The notes under the pieces were generated by a model. That model did not search any database, was not told the DNA's origin, and worked only from the letters and a program-made list of their open reading frames with translations. A stretch of DNA of 64,000 bases, taken from sequence record OQ427096.1. The stretch is one strand, 5' to 3'. Numbering within the stretch: the first letter of the stretch is position 1; each line of letters begins with the position of its first letter. The position numbers and the translations under genes are program-made. Below are positions 47,627-56,738 of this stretch, in pieces.

Positions 47627-48676
47627 ATGCAGCATGATCTCGCAGTTTTCATCGGGCGTTTCCAGCCTTTCCATCTGGGCCACCTCCACGCTATTGAGGA
47701 AGGCCTCAAGCTCGCCAAGAAGGTTCTCATCCTGATCGGTGACACCGGTGGTCCTCGTGGCCTCAAGAATCCCTGGACCGCAGAAGAGCGGAAGCAGATG
47801 ATTCTGGATTCGCTAGGCACCTACCAGCGCGAACTCGTAATGTTTGACATTGCATACGACATGCCGTCCAACACGGAATGGGCTGGTCAGATTCAGAGCA
47901 TTGTCAGCAACGCCTCGAACTGGCATAAGCTGCCCAGCGTAATTCTGATCGGTCACGAGAAGGACGCGTCGAGCTTCTATCTCAAGATGTTCCCGCAGTG
48001 GAAGCACATCGACACCGGCTTCGAAGAACTGGAAAGCGGACTTCTCCGCAAGTACAACGCCACCGACATTCGCAAGATGGTCTGGACGAACACGCTGCAT
48101 TACGCAACGGGTCTCCTGCATCCGACCACGCTGACCTACCTGGTCAATCACATCAAGCACAACCCAGCTATCTATGAAGAGTTTCTCGAGGAATACGGCG
48201 CCATACAGGCTTATCGCAAGGCGTGGGCAGGTTCGCCGTTCCCGCCGATGTTCGTCACCACTGACTGCGTGGTTATCCAGAGTGGCCATATTCTTCTGAT
48301 CAAGCGAGGCGACCGACCTGGAAAGGGTCTTTGGGCGTTGCCCGGTGGCTTCCTGGATCAGACCGAGTCCATCCAGGATGGTGCTCTGCGTGAACTGAAG
48401 GAAGAGACGAACATTCACCTGCAGGATGATGTGCTTCGCCGTTGCATTGTTCGCACTTTCGTCCATGATCGTGCAGGCGGTGTCAGTGAAGAAGACCGTG
48501 GCAGAATCATTACGCATGTGCATGTCGTCAAGCTTGCCGACGGGAAGCCACTGGCCAAGGTCAAGGGCGGCGATGACGCAGCCGAAGCACGCTGGGTTCC
48601 GTTGGGCGAAATCAACTACCGTGAGATCTTCTCCGACCACGGAAAGATCATTGACCGCGCCCTGAGTGGCGTCTGA
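47627..48676 (+). CDS. nadM: Bifunctional NMN adenylyltransferase / Nudix ADP-ribose pyrophosphatase
   Basis: FIGRFQPFHLGH; Nudix box WALPGGF.DQTE....ALRELKEET; GGDDA. Confidence 0.96.
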   Translation: MQHDLAVFIGRFQPFHLGHLHAIEEGLKLAKKVLILIGDTGGPRGLKNPWTAEERKQMILDSLGTYQRELVMFDIAYDMPSNTEWAGQIQSIVSNASNWHKLPSVILIGHEKDASSFYLKMFPQWKHIDTGFEELESGLLRKYNATDIRKMVWTNTLHYATGLLHPTTLTYLVNHIKHNPAIYEEFLEEYGAIQAYRKAWAGSPFPPMFVTTDCVVIQSGHILLIKRGDRPGKGLWALPGGFLDQTESIQDGALRELKEETNIHLQDDVLRRCIVRTFVHDRAGGVSEEDRGRIITHVHVVKLADGKPLAKVKGGDDAAEARWVPLGEINYREIFSDHGKIIDRALSGV

Positions 48677-48685
48677 GGAATTATC

Positions 48686-49144
48686 ATGAAGGACGTTATC
48701 AACGGCTTTTTCGAAGAAGCAGAACGTTTGCAGGCTCTGGCAGAAGAACAGCGCAGCAAGGCTGCTGCAATCCTGACACCGCTGTTTGATCTCCAGCATC
48801 GGCTTGCATGGTTTGTTCACTGCGAGCCTGAGTTCAAAGAACTGGAAAAGTGGTATCGCAAGCCGCGTGATAGGTTCGCAACCAATGCGAACCGTCAGCA
48901 TTCTTACTACACTTTCGACGGAAGTTTCTACGATCTCTGTGAATGGAGTGACGGTGACTCGGCTGACTCCATTGAGCTGCATCCTATCTTCCTGACAGAT
49001 GCTTCTGAGGAAGAGAAGAAGGAAGTAATTCGACAGGCATATCGTGCTGATATCGCAGCTGTAGAAAATCAGAAGCAACGCGCGAAAGAAGCTGAGCTGG
49101 AAAAGGCTCGCAAGCTTCTCGCTGAAAACGGTGTGTCTTTCTAA
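48686..49144 (+). CDS. Hypothetical protein
   Basis: GAGG RBS. Confidence 0.65.
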   Translation: MKDVINGFFEEAERLQALAEEQRSKAAAILTPLFDLQHRLAWFVHCEPEFKELEKWYRKPRDRFATNANRQHSYYTFDGSFYDLCEWSDGDSADSIELHPIFLTDASEEEKKEVIRQAYRADIAAVENQKQRAKEAELEKARKLLAENGVSF

Positions 49145-49192
49145 GGCACACTGTTAGACTATAATCACACCAAACGTAGAAAGGAGTTTTCT

Positions 49193-50638
49193 ATGATTTT
49201 CAATCCGATCCTTGCAACAGACAGCTACAAGTTCTCGCACTTCATGCAGTACCCGAAGGGTACCACTATCGTCAAGAGTTATGTCACGGCGCGTGGCAGC
49301 AAGATTCCTGGCGTTACCGCAGTGGTTTGTGCTGGTCTGCAAATCTTCATTCACGAATATCTCAGCAAGCGCGTGACCAAGAATCACGTCGATCAGGCTG
49401 AGGCATTCTGTGCCAAGCACGGCGTTCCTTTCAACCGCGAAGGTTGGGACCTGATCGTCAACGATCACAACGGCTACCTGCCTGTCGAGATTCGCTCGGT
49501 TGAGGAAGGTACGCCGGTGCCGCTCAATGAGCTTATGATCTCCGTAATCAACACTGACGAGCGTCTGCCGTGGGTGACCTCGTATATCGAGACGCTCCTG
49601 CTGAGCTATGTCTGGTATGCCTCGACTGTGGCAACCAAGAGCCGCGAAATCAAGAAGGTCATCAAGCAGTACCTGGACATCACGTCGGACAATGCTGATG
49701 TGGAACTTCCGTTCAAGCTGCACGACTTCGGTTACCGTGGTGCAACTCCTGGCGCAGCTCATGTTGGTGCCTTCGCGCACCTGATCAACTTCATGGGTAC
49801 TGATACCGTCGCCGGCATCGAAGCTGCAATGGAGTACTACGGTTCGGATGTCTGTGGTTACAGCATCTCGGCTTCGGAGCATTCGACGATGACCAGTTGG
49901 GGTCGCGATGGTGAGTTCGATGCCTACCGCAACATGGTTGACTCCTACGCCAAGCCCGGTGCGATCTTCGCCTGCGTGATCGACAGCTACGACACCTTCG
50001 CAGCAATCGATATGTTCTGTGAAGACCGTTGTGCAGGTGGCTCGCTCCTGGACATCGTCAAGAACCGCGGTGCAACCATCGTGCTCCGCCCTGATAGCGG
50101 TGACCCGATCCAGATGCCAATTGACGTCATCAAGTACCTGATGGAAAAGGTCGGCTACGAGATCAACAACAAGGGTTACAAGGTCCTGCCGAGCCATGTT
50201 CGAGTGATTCAGGGCGATGGCATCGATATTGAAGACGTTGAGCACATCCTGGAGACCCTGGTCGAGGATGAAAAGATCAGCGCCTCGAACATCGCATTTG
50301 GCATGGGTGGCGGACTCCTTCAGAAGGTGAACCGTGATACGTTCAAGTTTGCTATGAAGGCGTGCCTGGCATACATCAACGGCGAAAAGGTAGACATCAT
50401 CAAGGATCCGGTCACTGACCCTGGCAAGAAGTCGAAGGCAGGCGACCTGAGCGTCTATCACAATCCGGAAACTGGAGAGTGGAAGACCATCACTGAAGGT
50501 TCGCTGGATTCGTTCGCTTTCAACAAGCCTTCGAGCAATTGGTATCGCAAGGACTATGTTGTCTATAGCCACTACGGTCGCGATACTTTCTTCGACTATG
50601 TGGACATGGATACTGTTCGTAGGAATGCTGCTCTTTAA
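49193..50638 (+). CDS. nadV: Nicotinamide phosphoribosyltransferase
   Basis: TDSYKFSH, LHDFGYRG, SISASEHS, VIDSYD, RPDSGDP, IQGDG, FGMGGGLLQ, RDT, KKSKAG. Confidence 0.97.
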   Translation: MIFNPILATDSYKFSHFMQYPKGTTIVKSYVTARGSKIPGVTAVVCAGLQIFIHEYLSKRVTKNHVDQAEAFCAKHGVPFNREGWDLIVNDHNGYLPVEIRSVEEGTPVPLNELMISVINTDERLPWVTSYIETLLLSYVWYASTVATKSREIKKVIKQYLDITSDNADVELPFKLHDFGYRGATPGAAHVGAFAHLINFMGTDTVAGIEAAMEYYGSDVCGYSISASEHSTMTSWGRDGEFDAYRNMVDSYAKPGAIFACVIDSYDTFAAIDMFCEDRCAGGSLLDIVKNRGATIVLRPDSGDPIQMPIDVIKYLMEKVGYEINNKGYKVLPSHVRVIQGDGIDIEDVEHILETLVEDEKISASNIAFGMGGGLLQKVNRDTFKFAMKACLAYINGEKVDIIKDPVTDPGKKSKAGDLSVYHNPETGEWKTITEGSLDSFAFNKPSSNWYRKDYVVYSHYGRDTFFDYVDMDTVRRNAAL

Positions 50639-50673
50639 GGGCAGCTTCCTTCATAATTACTATGGTGAGATGA

Positions 50674-51058
50674 ATGATTCTCAAGAGCGAAATCAGAATG
50701 TCCAAGGCTGAAATTGAAAGCCTCATCCTTGATCACCTGAAAAATAACAACAAGCACAATCTCAAGCTTGGTCGGGTAAGCTTCTCTGTTCGTGAGTCTG
50801 ACGACCACTATGGTGGCTACACTCCAGCTGATCTTGAAGGTGCAACTATTTCTGTGGAACTGGAGCTTGACGATGGAAGAGAGGATCGAAGATAAGATTT
50901 TGGCTTATCTGCGCGGTGAGGCGGACTACGATGTTACCCAACTGCTGCGTGATGCAAGAAACGAGATCGAAAAACTGAGAGCACGTGCGGTTGATCTTAG
51001 CTGGGCAGCGGACGTTGCCAATGATCGTGCAGATGCGTTCGATCCGAGGTACAACTAA
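50674..51058 (+). CDS. Two small hypothetical proteins (50674-50895, 50873-51058)
   Basis: Coupled ORFs. Confidence 0.55.
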
Positions 51059-52374
51059 TGTCACTGACCAACCTGTTTTCTTCAGGGATTGAATACCGGA
51101 AGCGCGTCATGGTGCTGGTCACCAAGCGCATGCTGAATCCGAAACGGGGTGGTGGAGTCTCTACGTTTGTGCGAGGCATTGCTAAGTCTATGCCTGACGA
51201 CACACTCGTAGAGATTCATTGCGTTGGACCAGATAATCTTGATGTCTATGAGATTGATCATCCGAATGTCGTAACCTATGGTTATCCTCAGATGGTGAAG
51301 ATCAAGGCAGAGGAGCCAGGCATCTTCCAGCGCATCATGATCAACTTCGATCAGATCGAAGAATTCCGCCACGCCTTGAACAAGTCGGTGTTCACGGAAG
51401 AGAAGCTCTATGATGCGATTGTGACTACCTGCCCCGAGTCGGCGCTGGCTTGCATTTCCTTTGGTGCGATGATCGAGCCATTCAATGTCATCTACACCAC
51501 GCACCACGGCTTGATGTCTGACAGCCTGAGCAAGGTTCCTTTCGATGACGCTGTTATCTACTTCGCCAACGAAGTGATTCCGAAGTCTGGCTTTGTCACC
51601 ACTGTGACTCAGACACCTCTGAATGCTGAGTGGCTGCAGGAAAAGCATGGCGTCGTAGTTGATCACGTGATTCCTCTGCTACCTGACGAGCTTCCTCCTT
51701 TTGTTGATATGGCAGGTAAGGAAGGCGCACTGTTCATCGGCAAGTACGAGACTGGCAAACGACCTGAGCTCTTTGTCGAGATGTGCAAGCAGACTGGCAT
51801 CAAGGGTAAGGTCATGTGCGGTGGTATCAAAGCTCCCGACGCATGGCACAAGGCTTTCAAGGAAGCTGGAGTTACCAACTACGAGATCCGTCAGAACCTG
51901 CAAGGCAAGGAAAAGGAAGACTTCATCGCATCTGCAAAGTTCACTTTCGTTTCCTCGCAGAACGAGTCGTACGGTTACCTGGCACTGGAAGGTCTGTTCA
52001 ACGGTCCTACCATGATTGCAGACAGCCGATGGGCGAAGTTCTGGGAAGGCTATGGCGCAACTCTGTTTACCAAAAAGAACATGGCTGAGGTGGCTAACCG
52101 TCTCAATGAGATGACTCTTTGGGACAACACCAAGCTGGTAAAGATGCTGGATGATGCTGAGAACAAGTGGGTTGACGTGATCTGTAATCGAAAGAATTAC
52201 AACACCAAGCCTAACTCTTCGATGCTCAAATATGTGACGCCGGAATGGCAGACTCTTGCTGACCTGGCAAAGGCGCGCGATGTTCGTAGCCTGTCAAGCG
52301 GAGACTACAAGCCTCTGTTTGATCACTGCGAGATCGTCCACAATGACATTGAATCAAAGGTGCGACGTGTCTGA
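51058..52374 (+). CDS. Second GT-B (GT4-like) glycosyltransferase
   Basis: GGGVSTFV, LFIGKYETGKRPELF, SQNESYGYLALEG. Confidence 0.82.
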   Translation: MSLTNLFSSGIEYRKRVMVLVTKRMLNPKRGGGVSTFVRGIAKSMPDDTLVEIHCVGPDNLDVYEIDHPNVVTYGYPQMVKIKAEEPGIFQRIMINFDQIEEFRHALNKSVFTEEKLYDAIVTTCPESALACISFGAMIEPFNVIYTTHHGLMSDSLSKVPFDDAVIYFANEVIPKSGFVTTVTQTPLNAEWLQEKHGVVVDHVIPLLPDELPPFVDMAGKEGALFIGKYETGKRPELFVEMCKQTGIKGKVMCGGIKAPDAWHKAFKEAGVTNYEIRQNLQGKEKEDFIASAKFTFVSSQNESYGYLALEGLFNGPTMIADSRWAKFWEGYGATLFTKKNMAEVANRLNEMTLWDNTKLVKMLDDAENKWVDVICNRKNYNTKPNSSMLKYVTPEWQTLADLAKARDVRSLSSGDYKPLFDHCEIVHNDIESKVRRV

Positions 52375-52639
52375 TATCACTGTAGGTGAAATGAAGAAGT
52401 GGCTTGAGCAATTTGCTGATGACACTACGCTGACGTTCGAAGGAAACTTCGGACCAGGCTTGCCTCAAATTGATCTGACCAACGATCAATTCCAGTATAA
52501 CTCATGGGAGGCCTGGTCTTACTCACCAGCCAGGCAGCCCTGGACTTATACGCCTACCGAGGAAGCTAAGTCGAGAGGTAATACGACTAAGACCTACCCG
52601 TATCATCCTGCGAACATCACGCTCGGTGAACAATCGTGA
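52367..52639 (+). CDS. Hypothetical protein
   Basis: GTG start with AAAGG RBS. Confidence 0.55.
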   Translation: MSDITVGEMKKWLEQFADDTTLTFEGNFGPGLPQIDLTNDQFQYNSWEAWSYSPARQPWTYTPTEEAKSRGNTTKTYPYHPANITLGEQS

Positions 52640-52800
52640 ATGACGGTAAAGCAGTTACGCCTCAAGAATTGAAAGCGTGGATGTTCAAGTTCTTCGGTGA
52701 TCACTACGGCCTTCTTGAGTGTAAGAAGGCCCTTGCCATGAATGAAAGAACGAGTGACGCTGTAAAGTGGCTAATCAAATCAGACCTGTTTCGGATCTGA
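52636..52800 (+). CDS. 54-aa protein resembling the EF-Ts N-terminal (UBA-like) domain (absent from the ORF track)
   Basis: VTPQELK...GLLECKKAL......AVKWLIKS. Confidence 0.6.
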   Translation: MNDGKAVTPQELKAWMFKFFGDHYGLLECKKALAMNERTSDAVKWLIKSDLFRI

Positions 52801-52815
52801 TTCCTAGCATCCCTG

Positions 52816-53100
52816 TTGACGAATGAATTAATCAATTACAATCCTTGCATGAAAATTGTCCAATTTAAGAACGGTAGGTTTGGTGTTCGCCGAGGATCCT
52901 TCTGGGATTACGGTTGGTGGACACATCAATTCCTAGATTATGAAGGTACCTGGGTAAAGAAGCAGGGATACAATATCGGTTCAGTGGAATGCTATTCCAA
53001 GGAAGAAGCTGAAAGGCGACTCAAGGATTACATTGAATCGGAAGCTTCATATCAGGCCTTTAAGGCATCTGCAAATGATATGGGTAAGCCTGTCAAGTGA
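52816..53100 (+). CDS. Hypothetical protein
   Basis: Open frame with typical phage composition; start uncertain. Confidence 0.55.
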   Translation: MTNELINYNPCMKIVQFKNGRFGVRRGSFWDYGWWTHQFLDYEGTWVKKQGYNIGSVECYSKEEAERRLKDYIESEASYQAFKASANDMGKPVK

Positions 53101-53104
53101 GCTA

Positions 53105-53500
53105 CACCGTCGGGACTAATCCACCGACGCTAATTTATATCATGAACAATAGGTTGTCCAACTAGCCGTCGGCTAAGCGTAGTCGCGACGTGAGATAGAG
53201 TGGGCAAGGCGAGCAATCGTCGGAAGTGCGTAATGTGAGAATAAGGAACCGAGAGGTTCTAAAGTATGACCTGCTCTGCCACACGGCAACAGGTGTTAGG
53301 CAAGTTGATTACTAACTGAATTCTTGTCTATGGCGTGAATCCCGCAAAGGGACCAAAGTGCAATTATAGGGCGATACCGTTCACCTCGTCCTGCTGGGAA
53401 GCAGATTGCAAGTTTGAGTGGTGATGGTATGGACGCAGTTCCCTTTTCTCATCGTCGCACTTTTGGTGGTAATAGCCAAAGTGTGGCTCCAATAAACCGC
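53105..53500 (+). ncRNA. Candidate large structured non-coding RNA, family unknown
   Basis: ~400 nt with no ORF in an otherwise gene-dense genome; many helices, several with GNRA loops. Confidence 0.65.
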
Positions 53501-53522
53501 AATTCTTTTAAAAACATATTTT

Positions 53523-54044
53523 ATGAATCAATTTCGATATGCAGGTATAGGATCTCGTGATACTCCTGTCTCCTTAAAACAAACGATGATGGACATAGCT
53601 TACTTCTTAGCGTATGAAGCTAATGCTATTCTCGTATCCGGTGGAGCTCGAGGTGCTGATTCGTTCTTTGAGGAAGGATGCGATCGTGCAGGTGGTAACA
53701 AAGAGATCTGGTTGCCAGAAGCAGGCTTCAATGGAAGCAAGTCTAAGTTGATTGGTGCATCGAAGGATGCCTATATCGTAGCTGAGCGATATGTAGGTCA
53801 TTGGAAGAACTGTAAGGCATGGGCACGAGCAGCACACGCACGAAACTGTCATCAGGTTCTCGGTGCCGATCTCCTCACTCCCGTTTCTTTCGTAGTGTGC
53901 TGGACACCTGGAGGTGAGAGAGTTGGTGGCACTGCTACAGCGATTTCTATTGCAGAAGATAAGGGCATTCCTATTCTCAACCTTGGATCGAAAGACTGGT
54001 CTGAGACAGAAATTTCTGATTGGCTAGAAATCCGGCTAAATTGA
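53523..54044 (+). CDS. SLOG-superfamily (DprA/YspA-like) nucleotide-binding protein
   Basis: YAGIGSR.TP, LVSGGARGADS.FE, RN..QVLG, GGTATA. Confidence 0.8.
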   Translation: MNQFRYAGIGSRDTPVSLKQTMMDIAYFLAYEANAILVSGGARGADSFFEEGCDRAGGNKEIWLPEAGFNGSKSKLIGASKDAYIVAERYVGHWKNCKAWARAAHARNCHQVLGADLLTPVSFVVCWTPGGERVGGTATAISIAEDKGIPILNLGSKDWSETEISDWLEIRLN

Positions 54045-54098
54045 CCTTTCTAGGTACTGTCTGTAGACTGTATGGACTAAGGTGATTGGGAGTTAGTC

Positions 54099-54670
54099 AT
54101 GGGTTACGGAACACGTCCGAACAATTTCGGTGGAAACATCAGAACTTTCCAGCCTGACAATACGAAAGATGTGCTGTACATCGACACGACTTTTTCGTCG
54201 GTCACGCTGAAGGAACTCATGGAGAAGATCCGTGAACACTTCGGCAGTGATGATATCGAGAAATTCGATATCGAGGCTCAGTACATCCACACGGATTGCC
54301 TGGGCTACGACTGTTATGACCCCGGTGACTACTCCAGCTTCATCGTCATCACTCGCACAGGAATCCTGTAATGGCTGCTCGATTCAGTCGTCACGCGAAG
54401 CCTCTCTACCGTATCAACCAGCACGGTGAGCTCTACAAGGCGAGTGAAGAATTCAAGACCACCATCCGTCGAGCTGGAGTCTGGAACCGCCCTGCATGTT
54501 TCCGTTGGTGGGCTGAAGGATGCCGAGAGATCAACACCTGGGTATTCGATTCCCAGGGTCAGCATCGTCTCATTGTTGGATACGATCCTGAGACTGACCT
54601 TCTGTATCTCGGGCGCACCTTGACCGAAGAACGCCACCTCCCCAACCGTTTTAAGAATCGAGACATCTGA
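54099..54670 (+). CDS. Two hypothetical proteins (54099-54371, 54371-54670)
   Basis: Behind promoter TTGACC-N17-TAGACT (54041-69). Confidence 0.6.
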
Positions 54671-55617
54671 TGACTGCTCTGCTGATTGGCTCCAACGCAC
54701 TTCGCGCACACGGCATCGCTGTTGAGCGCAGGAACCTGGACATGGACTTCATTGCTACGATGGATTCCATCAAGGCGATGATCGATCGGAACAAGACGCG
54801 CTTCGTCAAGATTCAGCACAGCGAAGATGCGAACCATCTGTTCATGTTCCCTCGTAATGGGAACGACGCCATCTTCGATATCGAAATCGCATGGCTCGAT
54901 TCTGTCAGTGATACCCTCATTGACATCGTCCTGAACAACGGCCTCTACAAGATGACCGAGGAGGGCTACTACGCCGTTTCTCCGTCGGTTGTGCTGGCAC
55001 TCAAGCTGTCGCACAAGTACAAGAAAAACTCGCGTCACTTCCTGAAAACGATGCGCGACATTCAGATGCTCAAGGGACTTGGCTACAAGGTTCCGAAGTG
55101 TCTGAGTGAGTGGCTCAAGGATCGCAAGAAGTGGACCTACGACTATAAGCATCCCAAGTTGGAAGGTGGTGTGACCAAGGCTGACTTCTTCAAGGACGAT
55201 GGCATTCGCTATGTCTACGATCACGACAGCATCCACGTCGCAGTGAAACATCTGCACCAGCCCGCCTATCGCTACTTCCAGCCTGACGGTGAGGAAGTGG
55301 GCACGTCGAAGGAAGACTTCTTCGCTCAGCCGCGTGAGGTACAGCTTCTGGCAGTCCTCGAGGAAAGCTATGTGCTGAGTCTCGAGCGCGCCATTGTTCC
55401 GTTCAACTTGAAGACTATCGAGCAGCGGAAGAAGGCTTTTGACACTGCTCTGGAAAAGGTCTGCACGAGCATCACGTCTGGTTGGTTCCGGAAGTTTGCC
55501 TGGGATAACTTTGACGAAGTGAATGACCTGTATAATCAGGAATATGTGGACCGCTTCTGGCTCGAAGTCGAAAGCGGCAATGTGAAGCCCTACGTGAAGG
55601 AAGAAAATGCTTACTGA
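54670..55617 (+). CDS. Minimal pol-beta-type nucleotidyltransferase with helical C-terminal domain
   Basis: LLIGSNAL...NLDMDFI (GS, DxD), FDIEI. Confidence 0.75.
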   Translation: MTALLIGSNALRAHGIAVERRNLDMDFIATMDSIKAMIDRNKTRFVKIQHSEDANHLFMFPRNGNDAIFDIEIAWLDSVSDTLIDIVLNNGLYKMTEEGYYAVSPSVVLALKLSHKYKKNSRHFLKTMRDIQMLKGLGYKVPKCLSEWLKDRKKWTYDYKHPKLEGGVTKADFFKDDGIRYVYDHDSIHVAVKHLHQPAYRYFQPDGEEVGTSKEDFFAQPREVQLLAVLEESYVLSLERAIVPFNLKTIEQRKKAFDTALEKVCTSITSGWFRKFAWDNFDEVNDLYNQEYVDRFWLEVESGNVKPYVKEENAY

Positions 55618-55852
55618 AACTGCAAAGGCGTCTATTATCCAAAAGGTCGAAGAGATCAAGGCGCTGATGGATGAAGCAAAGCTGATCGGGCGCATTGACG
55701 TCTCAGGTCGCGATGCATACCCAGGCGATTTCGTGATCGACGAGATCCGCACCATTGCTCCGGCGGGCTCTGAGCATTGGTCGCACAGTTCGTGCTGGGA
55801 TGATGAACCTGTCCCTTATGACCCGCCCTCCTGGAATGCGAGTAACTGCTAA
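55607..55852 (+). CDS. Small protein with two W-x-x-S-x-C motifs
   Basis: ...WSHSSC...WNASNC*. Confidence 0.7.
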   Translation: MLTETAKASIIQKVEEIKALMDEAKLIGRIDVSGRDAYPGDFVIDEIRTIAPAGSEHWSHSSCWDDEPVPYDPPSWNASNC

Positions 55853-56043
55853 TGGCTAAAGATGATTTCGATCAGCGAGTTGAAGTAATCAAGCTCCTTG
55901 TCAATGAACTGGATAAGGAGTTGTCTGAACTCAATGTCAGGCACAATGTCGATTACAAGATTGACATGCAAGTCCAAGACAAGCATGGTTCTTACATCGT
56001 AGGCACATCGGAGTCCAGCGACTGGTCTGCGAGTTGGTGCTGA
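55852..56043 (+). CDS. Small protein ending WSASWC
   Basis: Helical N-terminus, motif at the C-terminus. Confidence 0.7.
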   Translation: MAKDDFDQRVEVIKLLVNELDKELSELNVRHNVDYKIDMQVQDKHGSYIVGTSESSDWSASWC

Positions 56044-56061
56044 TAACTGTCCTATAAAGGA

Positions 56062-56322
56062 ATGATAATGAAGAAGATTCTGTTGGTTGCTGTTCTGGCT
56101 GCCGTTGTTGGACTGTCGGGTTGTACCGATGCAGAACGCGCAAGCTGGGGCTCGCTGGGTGAGCAGGCAAAGGTCACCTGTTACAGCGGTGGTCAGGTCA
56201 TCAAGGAATACGAGTCCACCGGTAAGGTGATGAAGCTCGATGGTGACGGCTTCGCCTTCAAGAACAAGGAAACTGGCAAGTTCGTTCGCGCCTTCGCCGA
56301 CTGTCTGGTGGAAGAGAAATGA
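56062..56322 (+). CDS. Lipoprotein
   Basis: MKKILLVAVLAAVVGLSG-C lipobox. Confidence 0.78.
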   Translation: MIMKKILLVAVLAAVVGLSGCTDAERASWGSLGEQAKVTCYSGGQVIKEYESTGKVMKLDGDGFAFKNKETGKFVRAFADCLVEEK

Positions 56323-56549
56323 TCAGTCCTTGTGATGGCGGCGGAAGTGTCGACCCGGGTCGCGCCAAGTTTGAGGAAGCTGTCTTCCGGCAGTATTTCA
56401 TCAAGCATGTTGGAAGTGATCTGAGGATGAAGCCAGGTATCGTCAACAAGGCTGAGTTCTGCAAGCGGGACGAAAATGGTAACTACGTGCGCGAAGAAGT
56501 AAGCGCAATGTGGTTTGGTTGGAAACTTTATCAGAAGGAAAACGTGTAA
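56319..56549 (+). CDS. Hypothetical protein
   Basis: ATGA-coupled. Confidence 0.6.
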   Translation: MISPCDGGGSVDPGRAKFEEAVFRQYFIKHVGSDLRMKPGIVNKAEFCKRDENGNYVREEVSAMWFGWKLYQKENV

Positions 56550-56728
56550 TGACCGTCGAGAAAGAACGTCATCAGAAGATCGCCGCACTCCTGGACAGTG
56601 CTTCCAAGCAGCTGGAAGAGGCACGCCAGTTGGCAGGCAACGACACCTATCACTGGTCTGGTCCTACCTATGGTATGGGTGGCTGGATCGAGTCTGGCGA
56701 ATGGCAGGCATCTAGCCATTCTTGCTGA
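56549..56728 (+). CDS. Small protein ending GPTYGMGG...WQASSHSC
   Basis: Paralogue of 56739-56963. Confidence 0.72.
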   Translation: MTVEKERHQKIAALLDSASKQLEEARQLAGNDTYHWSGPTYGMGGWIESGEWQASSHSC

Positions 56729-56738
56729 GGAATGAGAA

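Noticed and set aside
53105-53500. RNase P RNA, group I/II intron or SRP RNA identity for the structured region
   Set aside because: The GAGGAAAGUCC / P4, domain V, P7 and SRP domain IV signatures are not found, and the region does not interrupt a gene.
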